From Mytilus californianus (taxonomy: Eukaryota), in assembly GCF_021869535.1 (NCBI RefSeq), contig NW_026262690.1:15438001-15502000 (forward strand): 64,000 nt of DNA, written 5' to 3'. The position numbers and the translations under genes are program-made. The stretch's first letter is position 1. Each line of letters begins with the position of its first letter. The notes beneath the pieces are model-generated. The model did not search any database. It was given only the letters and a program-made list of their open reading frames with translations, and was not told where the DNA came from. Below are positions 51,701 to 64,000 of this stretch, one piece after another.

Positions 51701-54700
51701 TTGTCAGTAATCAATCACCTGTGGCTTTCGTATCATGCATTCAGACTTTTATCCAAAGTGTTTTCCATAATCTATTATCTATGGCTTTCGTATAAAATAC
51801 ATTCAGACTTTTATCCATGATAGTGTTTGTCAGCAATCCTTTATCTGTGGCTTTAGTATAATGCATTCTGACTTTTATCCAAAGTGTTGCCAGCAATCTT
51901 TCACTGTGGCTTTCGCTAAATGCATTCAGATTTGTATCAAATGTGTTGTCAGCAATGTTTAAACTATGGCCAATTGGATATTGGGGGCTTTCGTATAATG
52001 TCTTGTCAGTTGTAATATCTAGTTGTAGTTTAAATCCTCAGTAAAGATAGTAAAGATAGAGATAAGGGGAAGATCAAATATGTTACTGTGTCTTCTTAAG
52101 CGGCATGTTTTCGCGATCTTAGATCTTTAGCAGTTAGCAGTATCCTTTTACTTTACTTTCCGCTACGAAGATGATGTTCTCTCACTAAATAATTCAAAAT
52201 TTGGTGACTATGTTGAACGCATCTATCCCATCGAACTTGAGATAAATCATACAAGTTACAACAGATACAGTTAAATCATCTGCCTCATATCTTGACTTAC
52301 ATCTAGAAATTGACAATGAGGGTCGGTTGAAAACAAAACTTTATGACAAAAGAGATGATTTCAGCTTCCCAGTTGTGAACTTTCCATTTTTATGTAGCAA
52401 CATTCTAGCAGCGCCTGCATACGGAGTATATATCTCCCAGTTCATACGATACCCCACGGCTTGTATTTCCTATCATGATTTTTTTGACAGAGGTTTGCTG
52501 CTCACAAGGAAGCTATTAAACCAAGACTTCCAAGTGGTGAAGTTGAAATCATCCCTTCGTAAACTTTACGGACGCCATCACGAGCTGGTTGACCGTTACG
52601 GAATATCCGTTTCACAGATGATAGCGGATATGTTCCTAATGTCGTAACTACAATCCCGTCCCCTTTTCCCGAATGTGACCTACCGAATTAGAACTATTAC
52701 CGGGTTTGTACTACCATGAGCAACACGATGGGTGCCACATGTGGAGCAGGACCTGCTTACCCTTCCGGAGCACCTGAGATCACCCCCAGTTTTTGGTGGG
52801 GTTAGCGTTGCTAAATCTTTAGTTTTCTATGTGGTGTTTTGTGTACTATTTTTTTGTCTGTTTGTCTGTTGGTGTTTTTCTTTTTTAGCCATGGCGTTGT
52901 CAGTTTATTTTTCGACTTATGAGTTTGAATGTCCCTTTGGTATCTTTCGCCTCTCTTTTAGATACAAGTATAGTAGTCTGATCTGTAGTTTTATCGATTG
53001 TGTCCAATACCCGACCGTGACATTTTTACTGAGTGTAAATTCGCATGGCGGTGATGCATGTATAGCAGGAGACGCTTAACCTGTGGACGATCTCGATCCT
53101 CTTAGGCTTAGAGTTCATGAGATTACCTCCGTTTTTGTTTGTCGCCTTAATTTTTTCGATTTAGAACATCGAGAAAATACTGTCGCGTTAATTTAAGTCA
53201 TTATCTTAAGTTGTAGCGTAAAGGAAGCGCCGTAAAAATATCGGCAAAATTTGATTTTTATATTTTACAAAGAAATCTACATGAAACATTTGATATTATA
53301 CTATAAAAATATTCATATTTTAATGGCCTTCATGTATTTGTTTAAAATACATATTGTACCCACCTTTAAAGTGTTACCTGTATAAAAAGCATTGGACCAG
53401 GGACAGGTGACTATATAGAATTAATTTAAAAAGAAAAGATCCATTCTTTTGGAACAAACACATCTTTCAATTGTTATGATTATTCAAAAAAGAACTTATA
53501 GAAGTGTACATGTATATATATATATTCGTTCTAAAGAAGTCGAAGAACATGACGAAGACACACTTCATCAATATCAATACATTTCAGACTTTACTCAGGC
53601 TGTTTAATCGTAAGGGTAATCGGAAGCTGTCAAAAATTTGTATTCATCTTTCAGGAACTCAAGTTTGTGAGCAAATTGATGAACAGAAAACGAGTTTTCT
53701 GAACATTTTAAAATTACTTTGTTCTGAAATAAGTTGCAACATAGCCATTCTAGATAATGAATTCAACCACGTCAGCAGTCACATCTTTATTATCAATTAC
53801 TGCATTGTTATAATAAATATATAAATTGAAAACTCTTCCGCTGATAACTTGGATTTAGCTTAAACCTTTATTTATTGTACAAATTTAAGATTTTTAGGAT
53901 CTTCGCTACTCTTGTTTCAAAATAACAAGCTTTTTAAAAGACTGTTATAAATTTAAAGTATATAAATAAAGGAACCAAAAAAACAGAAAAAAATGAAGGG
54001 GCTTTTAAAACTATATGAAACAAAATTATGAAAAGAAAAGTAGGGGTTAGTGAACAAAATTATTTAATGGCAAAACATGGATAAAACCAGAGGATTCCGA
54101 AAATCTGGCAAAAAATTCAATAAACAAGAGGAGCGAACATCCTTAATGTATTTGACAGTAATCAAAACCAGTCTAATATGATCGAATCTCGTCTAAATCA
54201 TTCTATACAAATATATATGACCTCCAAATTATTCCTATATATATATATATTTCTCTAATTCTTCGATTTATCTGTTTCCTGACCTGTTGATTATTTTGAT
54301 TGAATCAACGTGTGGTTCTCAGTTTTTCATTGGTCAAAATTCAATTATGACGTCAAATTTTCTTGCTTTCCTATGAATTTCCTGTGTTTGACTTTCGTTC
54401 TTGACTAATGAAAACATGCTTGGCAAATGCTTTCGCAGTAGTTCGTCTTACGGCGATCCAAGATTTCACCTCTAACACCGTAAAAAGGCGACCATGTCTG
54501 ATGACGTTACATAGAAAGATCACATCTTTTTGGAGATCATTGGAAAAGAAGGATAACGTTTGTCTGCATATCGTATAAAAATCTTTAAAGAAACACATCC
54601 TACCTATCTCATGCAATACTATATTTCTCCACTCGCGACATTTAAAGGAGAAGGTCCGGTAACGGCTTAATTTGGCCTAAATGTACATGTACTAATGTCG

Positions 54701-57700
54701 AAGACTTACCACTAGCTTCAATACTTGTGTGTATGTCGTCGACTTACCACTAGGCTCAATACTTGTATTTATGCCGTGGACTTATCACTAGGTTTCATAA
54801 CTTGTATTTATGCCGTTAACTTACCACTAGGTTCAGCACTTTTATTTATGCCGCGGAATAAGTATACAGATGGCGCAGTTTTCCGACAAACAACGTTAGC
54901 ATAATTAAGTTTTTCTGAAAAAAAAAGAAAAAAAAATTATTGAGTTTATCAGTTATACTGTATAGAAACAACTTTCTTTTCTGAAGTTCTTGATTTTGTT
55001 ATTCAAAGGATTGAGATAAAGAGAAAAGCCCTATTACCAAAATAAATGTAACTGTTAAAGTGTGTTACGTCAGGAAGCTTGTAGGTGGTTGTGTTTTACG
55101 TCAGTAACATTGTTTTTGGTTGTGTTCTACGTCAGAAACCTTGGGAGTGGTTGTGTTTTACGTCAGGAACGTCAAGAACATCGTTAGTGGTTGTGTCTTA
55201 CGTCAGTAACCTTCTCAGTGGTTGTATTTCTACGTCAGGAACCTTGTCGGTGGTTGTGTTCAATGTCTTGAACCTTGTCGACGGTTGTGTTTTACGTCAG
55301 AAACGTCAGGAACCTTGTCGATGGTTGTGTTTTACGTCAGGAACCTTGTCGGTGGTTGTGTTTCACATCAATAACCTTCTCAATGGTTGTGTTTTACGTC
55401 AAGAACCTTGTAGGTGGTTGAGTTTAATATCAGGAAACTTGTCAGTGGTTGTGTTATACGTCAGGAACTTGTCAATAATTAAGTTTTTCTGAAAAAGAAA
55501 CAAAAATTCATTGAATATATCAGTTTCATAGAAACAAATTGCTTTTCTGAAATTCTTGATTGTATATATGTTATTCAAAGGATTGAGATAAAGAGAAAAG
55601 CCCAATTACAAAAAAATGAATTGTAACTGTTAATGTGTTTTACATCCTTCTCCATGGTTGAGTTTTACGTCAGGTACCTTGTCGGTGGTTTTGTTTTACG
55701 TCAGGAATCTGGTCGGTGGATGTGTTTTACGTGAGGAACCTTGTGGGTGCTTGTGTCTTACGTCAGGCACCTTGTCGGTGGTTGTGTTTTACGTCAGGAA
55801 CCTTGTGGGTGGTTGTGTCTTACGTCAGGCACCTTGTCAGTGGTTGTGTTGTACGTCAGGAACCTTGTCAGTGGTTGTGTTGTTCGTCAGGCACCTTAAT
55901 TGTCGATGGTTGTCGTTGTTTATATAAGTGCAGCTCTTCTTTGAGTCAGGAACCTTGTGGGTGGTTGTGTCTTACGTCAGGCACCTTGTCAGTGGTTGTG
56001 TTGTACGTCAGGAACCTTGTCAGTGGTTGTGTTGTTCGTCAGGCACCTTAATTGTCGATGGTTGTCGTTGTTTATATAAGTGCAGCTCTTCTTTGAAGAA
56101 TTTAATATGAACGTAGTCAAATTCAATCACTTCACATTTTGAATTCTTAAATCCATTAAATCTGGACGATGTTGTATTTGCACATTCCCTTTGTTGAAAA
56201 TCGTATTTGACCTCTAACAGGGGTGCGTTCAATATCATAGCTGCTACGTCGATTTCGACTACTGAACGTATAGCTAGCCTAGACGCTTAAAATAGATCTA
56301 GATAGCCTAAAAAATTCATTATATCTAGATAATCCAATTGGCGTCCGATAGGTTATTATTAATGACGTCATTTGGATAGCCTAGCTTTTTAGCATATCGT
56401 TCAACATAGATAGATATCTATGACATATCGGCTATCTAGCTGCTACGGCATTGAACGCAACCCTGGTCTTCAATTCTGGGTTAGTTACATTTTTGGCTGC
56501 TGTCACACTGTATCACTGTTCCACATTTTCTATTATTCATATTAAAAAAAACATAAAAACCAGCGTTGTACAACTATTGATCACATATATAATTATATAT
56601 AGCACTCAGGATCCCGTTGCTGTTGGACTGCCCGTCATCGATGGCTCAGTAGTCAATGTTGTGGTAATGACATGCTTTATAACAAACATTTTTAAATTAT
56701 CCTTTAATAAATTAAGTGATCATTAAAAAACTCAGGTTCCGACTCCAGCAGGCAACGTTGACCTTAGGTGGATTTGGCGTTTCCTATTAGTTCAACGTTG
56801 GACATATAGCTTCTCAAGTATTACAGTATAAATACACAAACGATTGGCTTTCATTTCAAATTTTTGGGGTCAGTGAGCGTTCCTATAGCTATTGAAAGTA
56901 TATCACGAAAAGCTCAGTCACAGAGCTATGCACTTGTATTTGAATTCACTTGCTTTAATTGAATATTATGCCATTTTATGTTATAAATATGTTTAGTATT
57001 CATTAGTGTACTGATCAATAAATCGGGGGATTTATGATAATGAAGGGGAGGGACTATGAGGGATCAACACAGGGTCCCGGCTGTCCTCAACTGAGCACCT
57101 ATGGTACTGATAAGCATAATGTGCTTAAAGTAATAAAGAATTGAATTATCAATTTTAAAATATTCATTAAAATGTTCAACTTATTATTTCAACCCTTTTT
57201 TTTTTAATTTCCTATATGGACTTTGGACAACAAGTACCTGGCATTATCTAGGCTACATACCTGCCATATATTGCATTTGAAGTTTTCTCATGTTCTGGAA
57301 AATATTCAAAATAAATGCAAATTAAATGCAAATTAAAGAATATTCAAAAAGGATGTATTTCATTTCATTTCTCTTTTGTAGTAAATTTCTCTTCTTTACT
57401 TTTGATTTTTATTGTGTTACTTTAGTTATGATGGCGGCTGCAGAATGTGAGTTTATTGCATACTATCTAAAATAGATTTCATATTTACTTTTACTTTCGG
57501 TTTTGATTTCTTAAAAACCCGTAACCACTGCCGACTTCAAAAACATTAAACATGTTAAATTAAAAAAATAAATTTAATATCATTGGACAAAAAACCCAAG
57601 AGTAATCCAAATATAATAAACATTTAAACTACTAGACACAAAGGACGAGATAACTAGGTCATAAACTGGGTTAAATCAATATATAACACTTACCTTATCA

Positions 57701-57957
57701 ATTTCGTCTGCAATATATTTTTCTGGCTTTATTCTATCGCATTGTTTTGTTTGGTCTGTTTTAACACACAATGAACGGTCAACATTAGGGGCAGGTATCA
57801 TATCCTTTATTGGCCCGTTTCTTAATGCAGTCCATGAAACCGAAACTGCAAAAATTGCAACTATCAACAAAATATTGAGTACTAACAACAGTAACTGAAG
57901 AATAGTCACACAATTGTCACTTCTTTCTGTTACATCCTGTTGTTTGGTTTTATCCAT
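48375..57957 (-). CDS. TNF-superfamily ligand (type II membrane protein); join(57694..57957, 57261..57294, 50496..50573, 48375..48757), 252 aa
   Basis: GT-AG exons with compatible phases (264+34+78+383=759 nt). Short cytoplasmic tail, one TM segment, stalk, then a TNF homology domain with AKHI, IRW, YFIYSQI, GDVL and TFMG motifs. Confidence 0.88.
50496..50573 (-). CDS. TNF-like ligand exon 3 (probable strand A)
   Basis: aatttccag|..AAKNAKHIDEYHGMQSDLTVPENKRI T|gtaagt; phase 1-1. AKHI resembles the AAHL strand-A motif. Confidence 0.72.
50740..51960. repeat. About 61-bp minisatellite in TNF-like intron 2
   Basis: Unit ttatccaaagtgttgtcagtaatctattatctgtggctttcgtataatgcattcagactt. Confidence 0.9.
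52158..52960 (+). mobile_element. Penelope-like retroelement fragment (degenerate RT plus 3' repeat)
   Basis: FRYEDDVLSLNNSKFGDYVERIYPIELEI, then (frameshifted) KTKLYDKRDDFSFPVVNFPFL..SNI..PAYGVYISQ. The 3' part matches the reverse-oriented copy at 28818-29222. Confidence 0.8.
54895..56096. repeat. Higher-order repeat: two blocks of (AT-rich spacer of about 165 bp plus 29-30 bp array), including a 152-bp tandem duplication
   Basis: Spacer at 54895-55060 and 55470-55640; unit ggttgtgttttacgtcaggaaccttgtcggt; 55793..55944 matches 55945..56096. Confidence 0.88.
56218..56465. mobile_element. MITE with 16-bp TIRs
   Basis: caggggtgcgttcaat / attgaacgcaaccctg (1 mismatch). Confidence 0.7.
57261..57294 (-). 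CDS. TNF-like ligand exon 2 (34 nt)
   Basis: attttccag|NMRKLQMQYMA G|gtatgt. Supplies exactly the phase 0-to-1 change required. Confidence 0.75.
57694..57957 (-). CDS. TNF-like ligand exon 1 (cytoplasmic tail, TM helix, stalk)
   Basis: ATG at 57957 (GAAAATGG). MDKTKQQ...CVTILQLLLLVLNILLIVAIFAVSVSW...EIDK|gtaagt. Confidence 0.85.
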
Positions 57958-58256
57958 TTTCACTCGGATACAGGGAAACGTTAATACAGGTTTTCACTAT
58001 TGCGCACCAAGGAAGTATAGTGCTTGTACACTATCAGTTGTAAATATTACCCTGTGTTGATAATCTAAAAATAGACACACATAATACATGTACAACAAAG
58101 CCTTAGATAACTGTAACACACAGTTACACAGAAATGTCGTAATCTATTTGATAATTAACACCCCGTACCATACAAGAGCAAAAATGTGTATACTATGTAT
58201 TTAGGGACGACCGTTTGATTATCTGGAGGTATTCATTTTCATCTGTTAATTTCTGC

Positions 58257-58286
58257 ACCAGGGGCGGATCTAGCCATTTATTAAAT

Positions 58287-58321
<35 letters not shown>

Positions 58322-58412
58322 CCACCTTTATGTCCCCATTCAAATGCATTGATCGTCAAAAAAAGGGGGTTCCAACCCCGGACCCCCACCCCTTTTGGAT
58401 CCGCCACAGTGC
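58257..58412. mobile_element. Short MITE (ggcggatc...gatccgcc) with a 33-G run; related copies at about 46015-46097 and 4118-4262
   Basis: Inverted ggcggatc/gatccgcc ends with G-rich and C-rich halves. Confidence 0.65.
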
Positions 58413-59350
58413 ACAGTGCAATCATGATTCATGATGTTTGCGTTTTGAGTTGCAAAATTTGCATTTTCATCCTGTCTTCGACGAGATTATTTTTTTGCAG
58501 TTTTCGCAAGCCAGTATCATGATTTTATTCATTTTAAAATCCTCCCCACCACCTGAAACATTATTTTTCATTTTTTAGGAGGGAGTCTTATAAATTCAGG
58601 ATATCCAATTACAAGTAATGACATCTTGTTGTAAATATATACATGATGACATCAACAATAAATCCATTTATGGAGCCCTTGTGGTTAATTTGGAATTTAA
58701 ACAATTTGTTAAATTTCATATTATGCGTATTTAACAAGTCTTTGATTAAGCGTGACATTCCTGTGGTTTTCGAAAATTATTCATACATGATTTCGGGTGA
58801 GTATTGGGTCTTCTGGGTGCAGCTCCGTTCTTGTTGACTGGATTGCACTTCCTTTCAATTTTGGTTGATTTCTTCCCGTAAATAGTCTCGAGCTGATACA
58901 ATTGTAAATGCCCAGAATAACCTAAAATACCAGGTTCAATCAAAGCTTAAATAAACTATAGTAATCGTTATCCCCTCCAACTAAAGTTGTGAAAAATTAA
59001 AGAAAAAGTTACTCCCCGTCTGTGTGATCTTGGCACTTTTGCAGCATCAATTACCAATCCGCTTTTGTGAAAAGCCTTATCAACGGGTTTGAGTCATTAA
59101 GGTATTTTATTTTCGAATGTTTTGGCCTTACAATTTTAATTGGTTAGTCAATGTTATTACCAGGAGTAACACGGCTGGTGTCATTAAATGAACAGGACAG
59201 AACAGATTTTGTAATGCCGGGATATTTTATAGCTTACTATACGGTATGGGTTTTAGACAATGCTTACATCCATTTTGTCATTGGTGAATAGTCTCCATGA
59301 TTGGCAATTATACCATGCACATCTCCTTATTTTTACAAAAATGTTTTCCC

Positions 59351-61532
59351 AATGAGTACCAATGAGTACCCATCAACAAGAATTAAACAGATGTACACAC
59401 AAGGTTCAAATGTTCAAGAAATGAGTGACACGTTCAAGAAAGAGTTATTCCAAAGCATGGACAAACATATACCATCCAAAGAAATCCGCTCAAAAAACAG
59501 CCTTCCCTGGATAACACACAAAATAAGGAAGATGTTCAAAAAGAAAAGCCGATTATACCAGCAAGCTAAAAGAACAAAAAATTGGTCAAACTACAGGCAC
59601 TTCCAAAAAGAAGTCAAAAGTCAAATAAGGAAAGCCGAATGGTCATATATCAACGACACCATACTAAAGGGCATAGAAACAAACAATACCAAGCCATTCT
59701 GGAAATACATCAAATTCAGAAAAAATGACAACATTGGAGTAGCCCCATTAAAAAACAAAGGGAAACTCATCAGCGACAGCAAAGGGAAAGCTGAAATCCT
59801 AATACAACAATTCAAATCGGTCTTCACAATAGATAAATCCACATCAATACCAGACACAACAAAACATATTGAGGAATCTATACCAAACCTCATAATAACA
59901 GAAAAGGGACTAGAAAAACTGCTGAAAGATGTCAACCCATCAAAAGCTTCTGGACCAGATGGATTTCCAAACAGAATTTTGAAAGAATGTGCAAGTCAAA
60001 TTACACCAGGACTGACAGCAATCTTCCAAAAATCTATAGACACTGGAACCCTTCCACAAGACTGGCTTAACGCAAACATATCATGCGTTTTCAAAAAAGG
60101 CGATAAACATACTGCTGAAAATTACAGACCTGTATCGTTAACATCAGTACCATGTAAGATCCTGGAACATATAATATGCAGGCACATAATGAAACATCTA
60201 GAAAAGCATGATGTTTTAACATCTTTAAACCATGGTTTTAGATCCGGTTACTCATGTGAAACCCAACTACTTGTCACTATGAACGACTTCATGAAAGCAT
60301 ATGATGCCGGACTACAAACCGATATTGCCATACTAGACTTCTCAAAGGCTTTCGACACAGTACCCCATAAGAAACTACTATCAAAAATGGGCGATTATGG
60401 AATCCGTGGGCCAATAAACAACTGGCTGAATATGTTTTTGACAAACAGGAAAATGAAAGTGGTAGTGGAAGGAGAACAATCAGAAGAAGTAACGGTGGAC
60501 TCTGGAGTCCCACAAGGCACAGTCCTGGGACCGTTGCTATTCCTTTGCCATATAAAGGACCTCCCAGACGCCGACAAATCTTCAGTCAGACTTTTCGCTG
60601 ATGACTGCCTTCTTTACAGAACAGTGAAATCTCAGAAAGACCACGACATACTTCAAGAAGACCTCAAAAACCTAGAAGTATGGGCAGATAACTGGGGAAT
60701 GCGGTTCAATGCCAAAAAATGCTACATCCTAAGCATCAGAAACAAGAGCCATAAATTCTACAGTTTAAATGGACACATACTACAGCAAGTCCAGCATAAC
60801 CCGTACCTAGGCCTACAAATTTCGGAGGACCTCAAATGGACCACCCACATATCAAACGTGGCAAAGAAAGCAAATTCAACACTAGGCTTTCTAAGAAGAA
60901 ACTTGAAATACTGCCCACAAGATTGTAAAAAAACAGCTTACATCTCGCTCGTCAGATCAACGATGGAATATGGAGCCATAGTATGGGACCCCTACACGGT
61001 AACTAACATAAATAAACTTGAAAGGATACAACGTCAAGCGGCAAGATTTATCACCAGAGACTACAAGTCAAGAGAGGACGGATGTGTCTCCAAAATGCTT
61101 GCCCAACTGGAACTACAAGATCTCCAGACAAGACGAACAAGCCAGAAGTTAATATTTATGTACAAAGTGGTTGAGGGACTGGTTCCCGCTATTGAACCAG
61201 ACGAATTCCTCAAAAAAGCACGTCCGAAGAGAACCATAACTGCCAAGAAATTCGAAGAATACCACGCAACAAATATTGTGGAAAAACAAGTAAAAAATCA
61301 CTCTAAGTGTTTTGACATTCCACCAAGCAAAACACCACAATATACAAACTCATTCTTTGTAAAGACAGTGATCGCGTGGAATCAGCTAGACGACACTGTA
61401 GTGCGCGCATCAAGCGTAGAGAGCTTCAAATCTGCTCTCACGCCCCGTCAATAAATCGGCGGCGCTCTCTCAAACCGTTGTATTAAAGCCAGTATTGGTA
61501 TCGACAACGTATTCATACAGATACAGATACAG
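59351..61532 (+). mobile_element. 5'-truncated non-LTR retrotransposon (LINE, most like the CR1/L2 group) with an open reverse-transcriptase ORF
   Basis: ORF to 61454 has KASGPDG, YRPVSL, QHGF-like NHGFR, LDFSKAFDTV, GVPQGTVLGP, FADD and YLG motifs. No endonuclease domain present. 3' tail (ATACAG)3 at 61515-61532. Confidence 0.93.
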
Positions 61533-62123
61533 AATGATCGGCTAGCACAATCACTGATCGCCATCCATCGAAGTTGAAAATTGATATGATACACTGAGTT
61601 TATCCTTTAGCCCAATATGTAAAATATTAATATATCAGTGTTTCTAAATTGTTTCAACTTATAAATCCTCTCCTTCACCCTTTTATATTTTGATAAAACC
61701 CCTTCCCTTCAAAAAATACTTAAAAAAAACATCACTCTTACTCCCCTTAAAGCGTTATATATATAATTAAAAACCAATTGTTCAGAGAACAATTGAAGGT
61801 CTTTCCACTCATAAAGATCTATTTTGAAATAGAACTATTAAAATTTGGTTTAAAATATCATATTCAGCGTTTAATGATAGTTTATTGTACACTGATTCCA
61901 AAAATACATGATTTCTATACATTCTTTTCAAAATAAGGGAGATAAATTGTTACTTCCGGTTTGAAAGATGTCACTTCCGGTTTTATTTGATAGTTTACTT
62001 GATACTGATTCCAAAAATATATGGTTTAATATACTTTTACATTAAATAAGTACAAAAAATAGCTACTTCCGGTTTACACAAGGTCACTTCCGGTTGGCTT
62101 TTCCATGGTCAAGTGCCTTGCAA

Positions 62124-63345
62124 GGTATCCGGTCGTTCCGTCCCCAAACCGATCCGGCCCCAAGTCGATCCGGCCCAAAGTCGATCCGTCCCAAGTCGAT
62201 CCGGCCCACGTCGATCCGTCCCTACGTCGATCCGGCCCCATAATAAAATATGAATAAACTATATTGACTTTGGAGGATTTTGTGACAAATTTTAACAGTG
62301 TAAATGGAATTTGTAAAAAGTATCGATGATGGATGACAACAGGTAAGTGAAGTATTGGAGTACCAGTCAAAGAATTATTTTAAATCGATACGAAAATGAG
62401 TGTGATTGTGTCTGTTTGTATAGCAGCTTCAACATATTAATATGAAGTTATTTTCCATGATAACTTTGAACACTGTGCGGGACAAATTTGCAATTCCAGA
62501 ATTGGCAAATCTGACTTCGTCGGTTTACAAGATAACACAAATATTTTTTTGGTCAAGTGATAGATAATCAAAAAAATTTAATTTCCTCGTATGTCCCAAC
62601 ATGTCACTGGTGTCACTGTTGTCACCACAGCTGATTAAAAGTATATTTCCCATGGGAATTTAAAAAAATTCCCATAAGAATATTAGAAGTTCCCATGGGA
62701 AAATTTAAAGTTCCCATCGGAAAAAGTACTTTTCCCATGGGAATTTTATAGTTCCCATCGGAACTTTATACTTGGTGCATTGCAAACGGGCAAGACTCTG
62801 TTCATCTACCAGACGCACTTGCCTCGAAACAGTTTTGGCTTCCTTGATGAGCGCTGGAACCATCTTGTAGAAGTGGAGTTTGTATGTATCAGCTTGGGGA
62901 TCGGCTTGTACCGTTGTGTATGTAACTATTTGTTATTACACAGGATGAAAGACTTGTTAAGATCACAGTCAATTGAAAGAAAATGCTAATTACTGATGTC
63001 TGTTGATTGTACTAAATTCTGTTATATACGTTTTTATTATAATTATACCCAATAATCTTGAAAACTTGTAATGAAAACATAATCAACAAAGTTGTTTTAA
63101 ACTCATCTAAAGAAAATATTTGTCAAAGGCTAATTTTTTTTACCGTACACCTTTTACGTTATAATAAAATTCATAAACATTTATGAATTACAATTAATAT
63201 ATATCTTTATTTTTATTCCTTATAAATATATTTTTTTATTGGGCCGGATCGACTTTAAATATGGGCCGGATCAGCGTTGGGCCGGATCGACGTGGGACGG
63301 ATCGACTTGGGCCGGATCGACGTGGGGCCGGATCGACATGAAACC
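62124..63345 (-). mobile_element. Mutator (MULE)-derived non-autonomous transposon with a transposase remnant
   Basis: 15-bp gtcgatccggcccaa arrays are inverted at the two ends. Flanks ccttgcaa/tcttgcaa form an 8-bp TSD with one mismatch. Internal minus-strand peptide KLHFYKMVPALIKEAKTVSRQVRLVDEQSLARLQCTKY resembles MULE transposase C-terminal regions. Confidence 0.7.
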
Positions 63346-64000
63346 TCTTGCAACGTAATGCAAAAATTCCTATGGCTTTATCACGTATACTAACGAGGAA
63401 AAAGCAAAGGTCAAAATCTAGAACGTCAAATTTACCTATGACCTTTAGCTCAATTTCAAGGTCATAAACCGAGGGCTTCAAATCAAAAGACCATAGGTCT
63501 TAATTATATATGGTTAATGAGTTATATCACTTTAGGCCTAATTTTTAACATAAGAGGGGAGAAAACTCCAATTTAATGTTAGCGTACCATTTCAACCAAA
63601 ATTTAAGTGTTACGACATGTCGCAACTTACAATTTAGTAAAAATATCTTGTCGATATCTTATACGGTTTTTGAAAAGAAGTGAAAATAAGCCAAAATCAA
63701 AATTTAAAATATGACCTTGACCTCTGACCATGACCTTATTTTCTTTTTTTTGGACCAAGGACCTCAAATCAAAAGATCCTAGGTCTCTTTCACTTATGGT
63801 TTACAAGATAGAAATGCATATCACTAATAACAAACGCATAAGGGGAAATAACTCTCATATGGAGTGTTCATAACGCTTCGGTCAAAATAGGACAAATCAT
63901 GCGAAGGTTATAACGAGCAATTTTATAAAATAAATTTGTCGCTTTCTTTTATGGTTACAGAGGAGATGCAGTCACAAGGAAAACAGTGTTCGGGGAGATA

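Noticed and set aside
56606-56674. Thr-rich mucin-like stretch (HVITTTLTTEPSMTGSPTATGS*) in TNF intron 2
   Set aside because: Weak acceptor, no valid donor, wrong phase, ends in a stop.
58287-58319. 33-G run as a G-quadruplex regulator of the TNF promoter (also the G-run at 4323-4347)
   Set aside because: It lies within a common MITE family, and homopolymer length is unreliable in assemblies.

Overview
AT-rich, intron-containing, repeat-dense animal genomic DNA; the gene and repeat families suggest a bivalve mollusc, probably Mytilus-like (inference). I reconstructed four protein-coding loci by hand, all on the minus strand. (1) A complete 4-exon selenoprotein T gene (196 aa, CYSU motif with in-frame TGA at 8517-8519), with a type II SECIS at 3023-3090 and a probable 3'UTR intron. 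(2) A C-type lectin gene whose lectin domain is interrupted by a two-exon farnesoic-acid-O-methyltransferase-like (Methyltransf_FA) module; its middle lectin exon and first exon were not found intact. (3) An uninterrupted 268-aa ORF of two tandem ParB/sulfiredoxin-like domains resembling bacterial ParB-like toxin domains, the best candidate for an undescribed system. (4) A 4-exon, 252-aa TNF-superfamily ligand. The rest is mostly mobile or repetitive DNA: a 5'-truncated LINE with an open RT ORF, Penelope-like fragments carrying degenerate hammerhead ribozymes, a minisatellite built from hammerhead-like cores, a tRNA-derived SINE, Helentron/HINE-like and Mutator-like non-autonomous elements, several minisatellites and a 959-bp foldback. 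All family assignments come from motif recognition by eye; no database searches were run.
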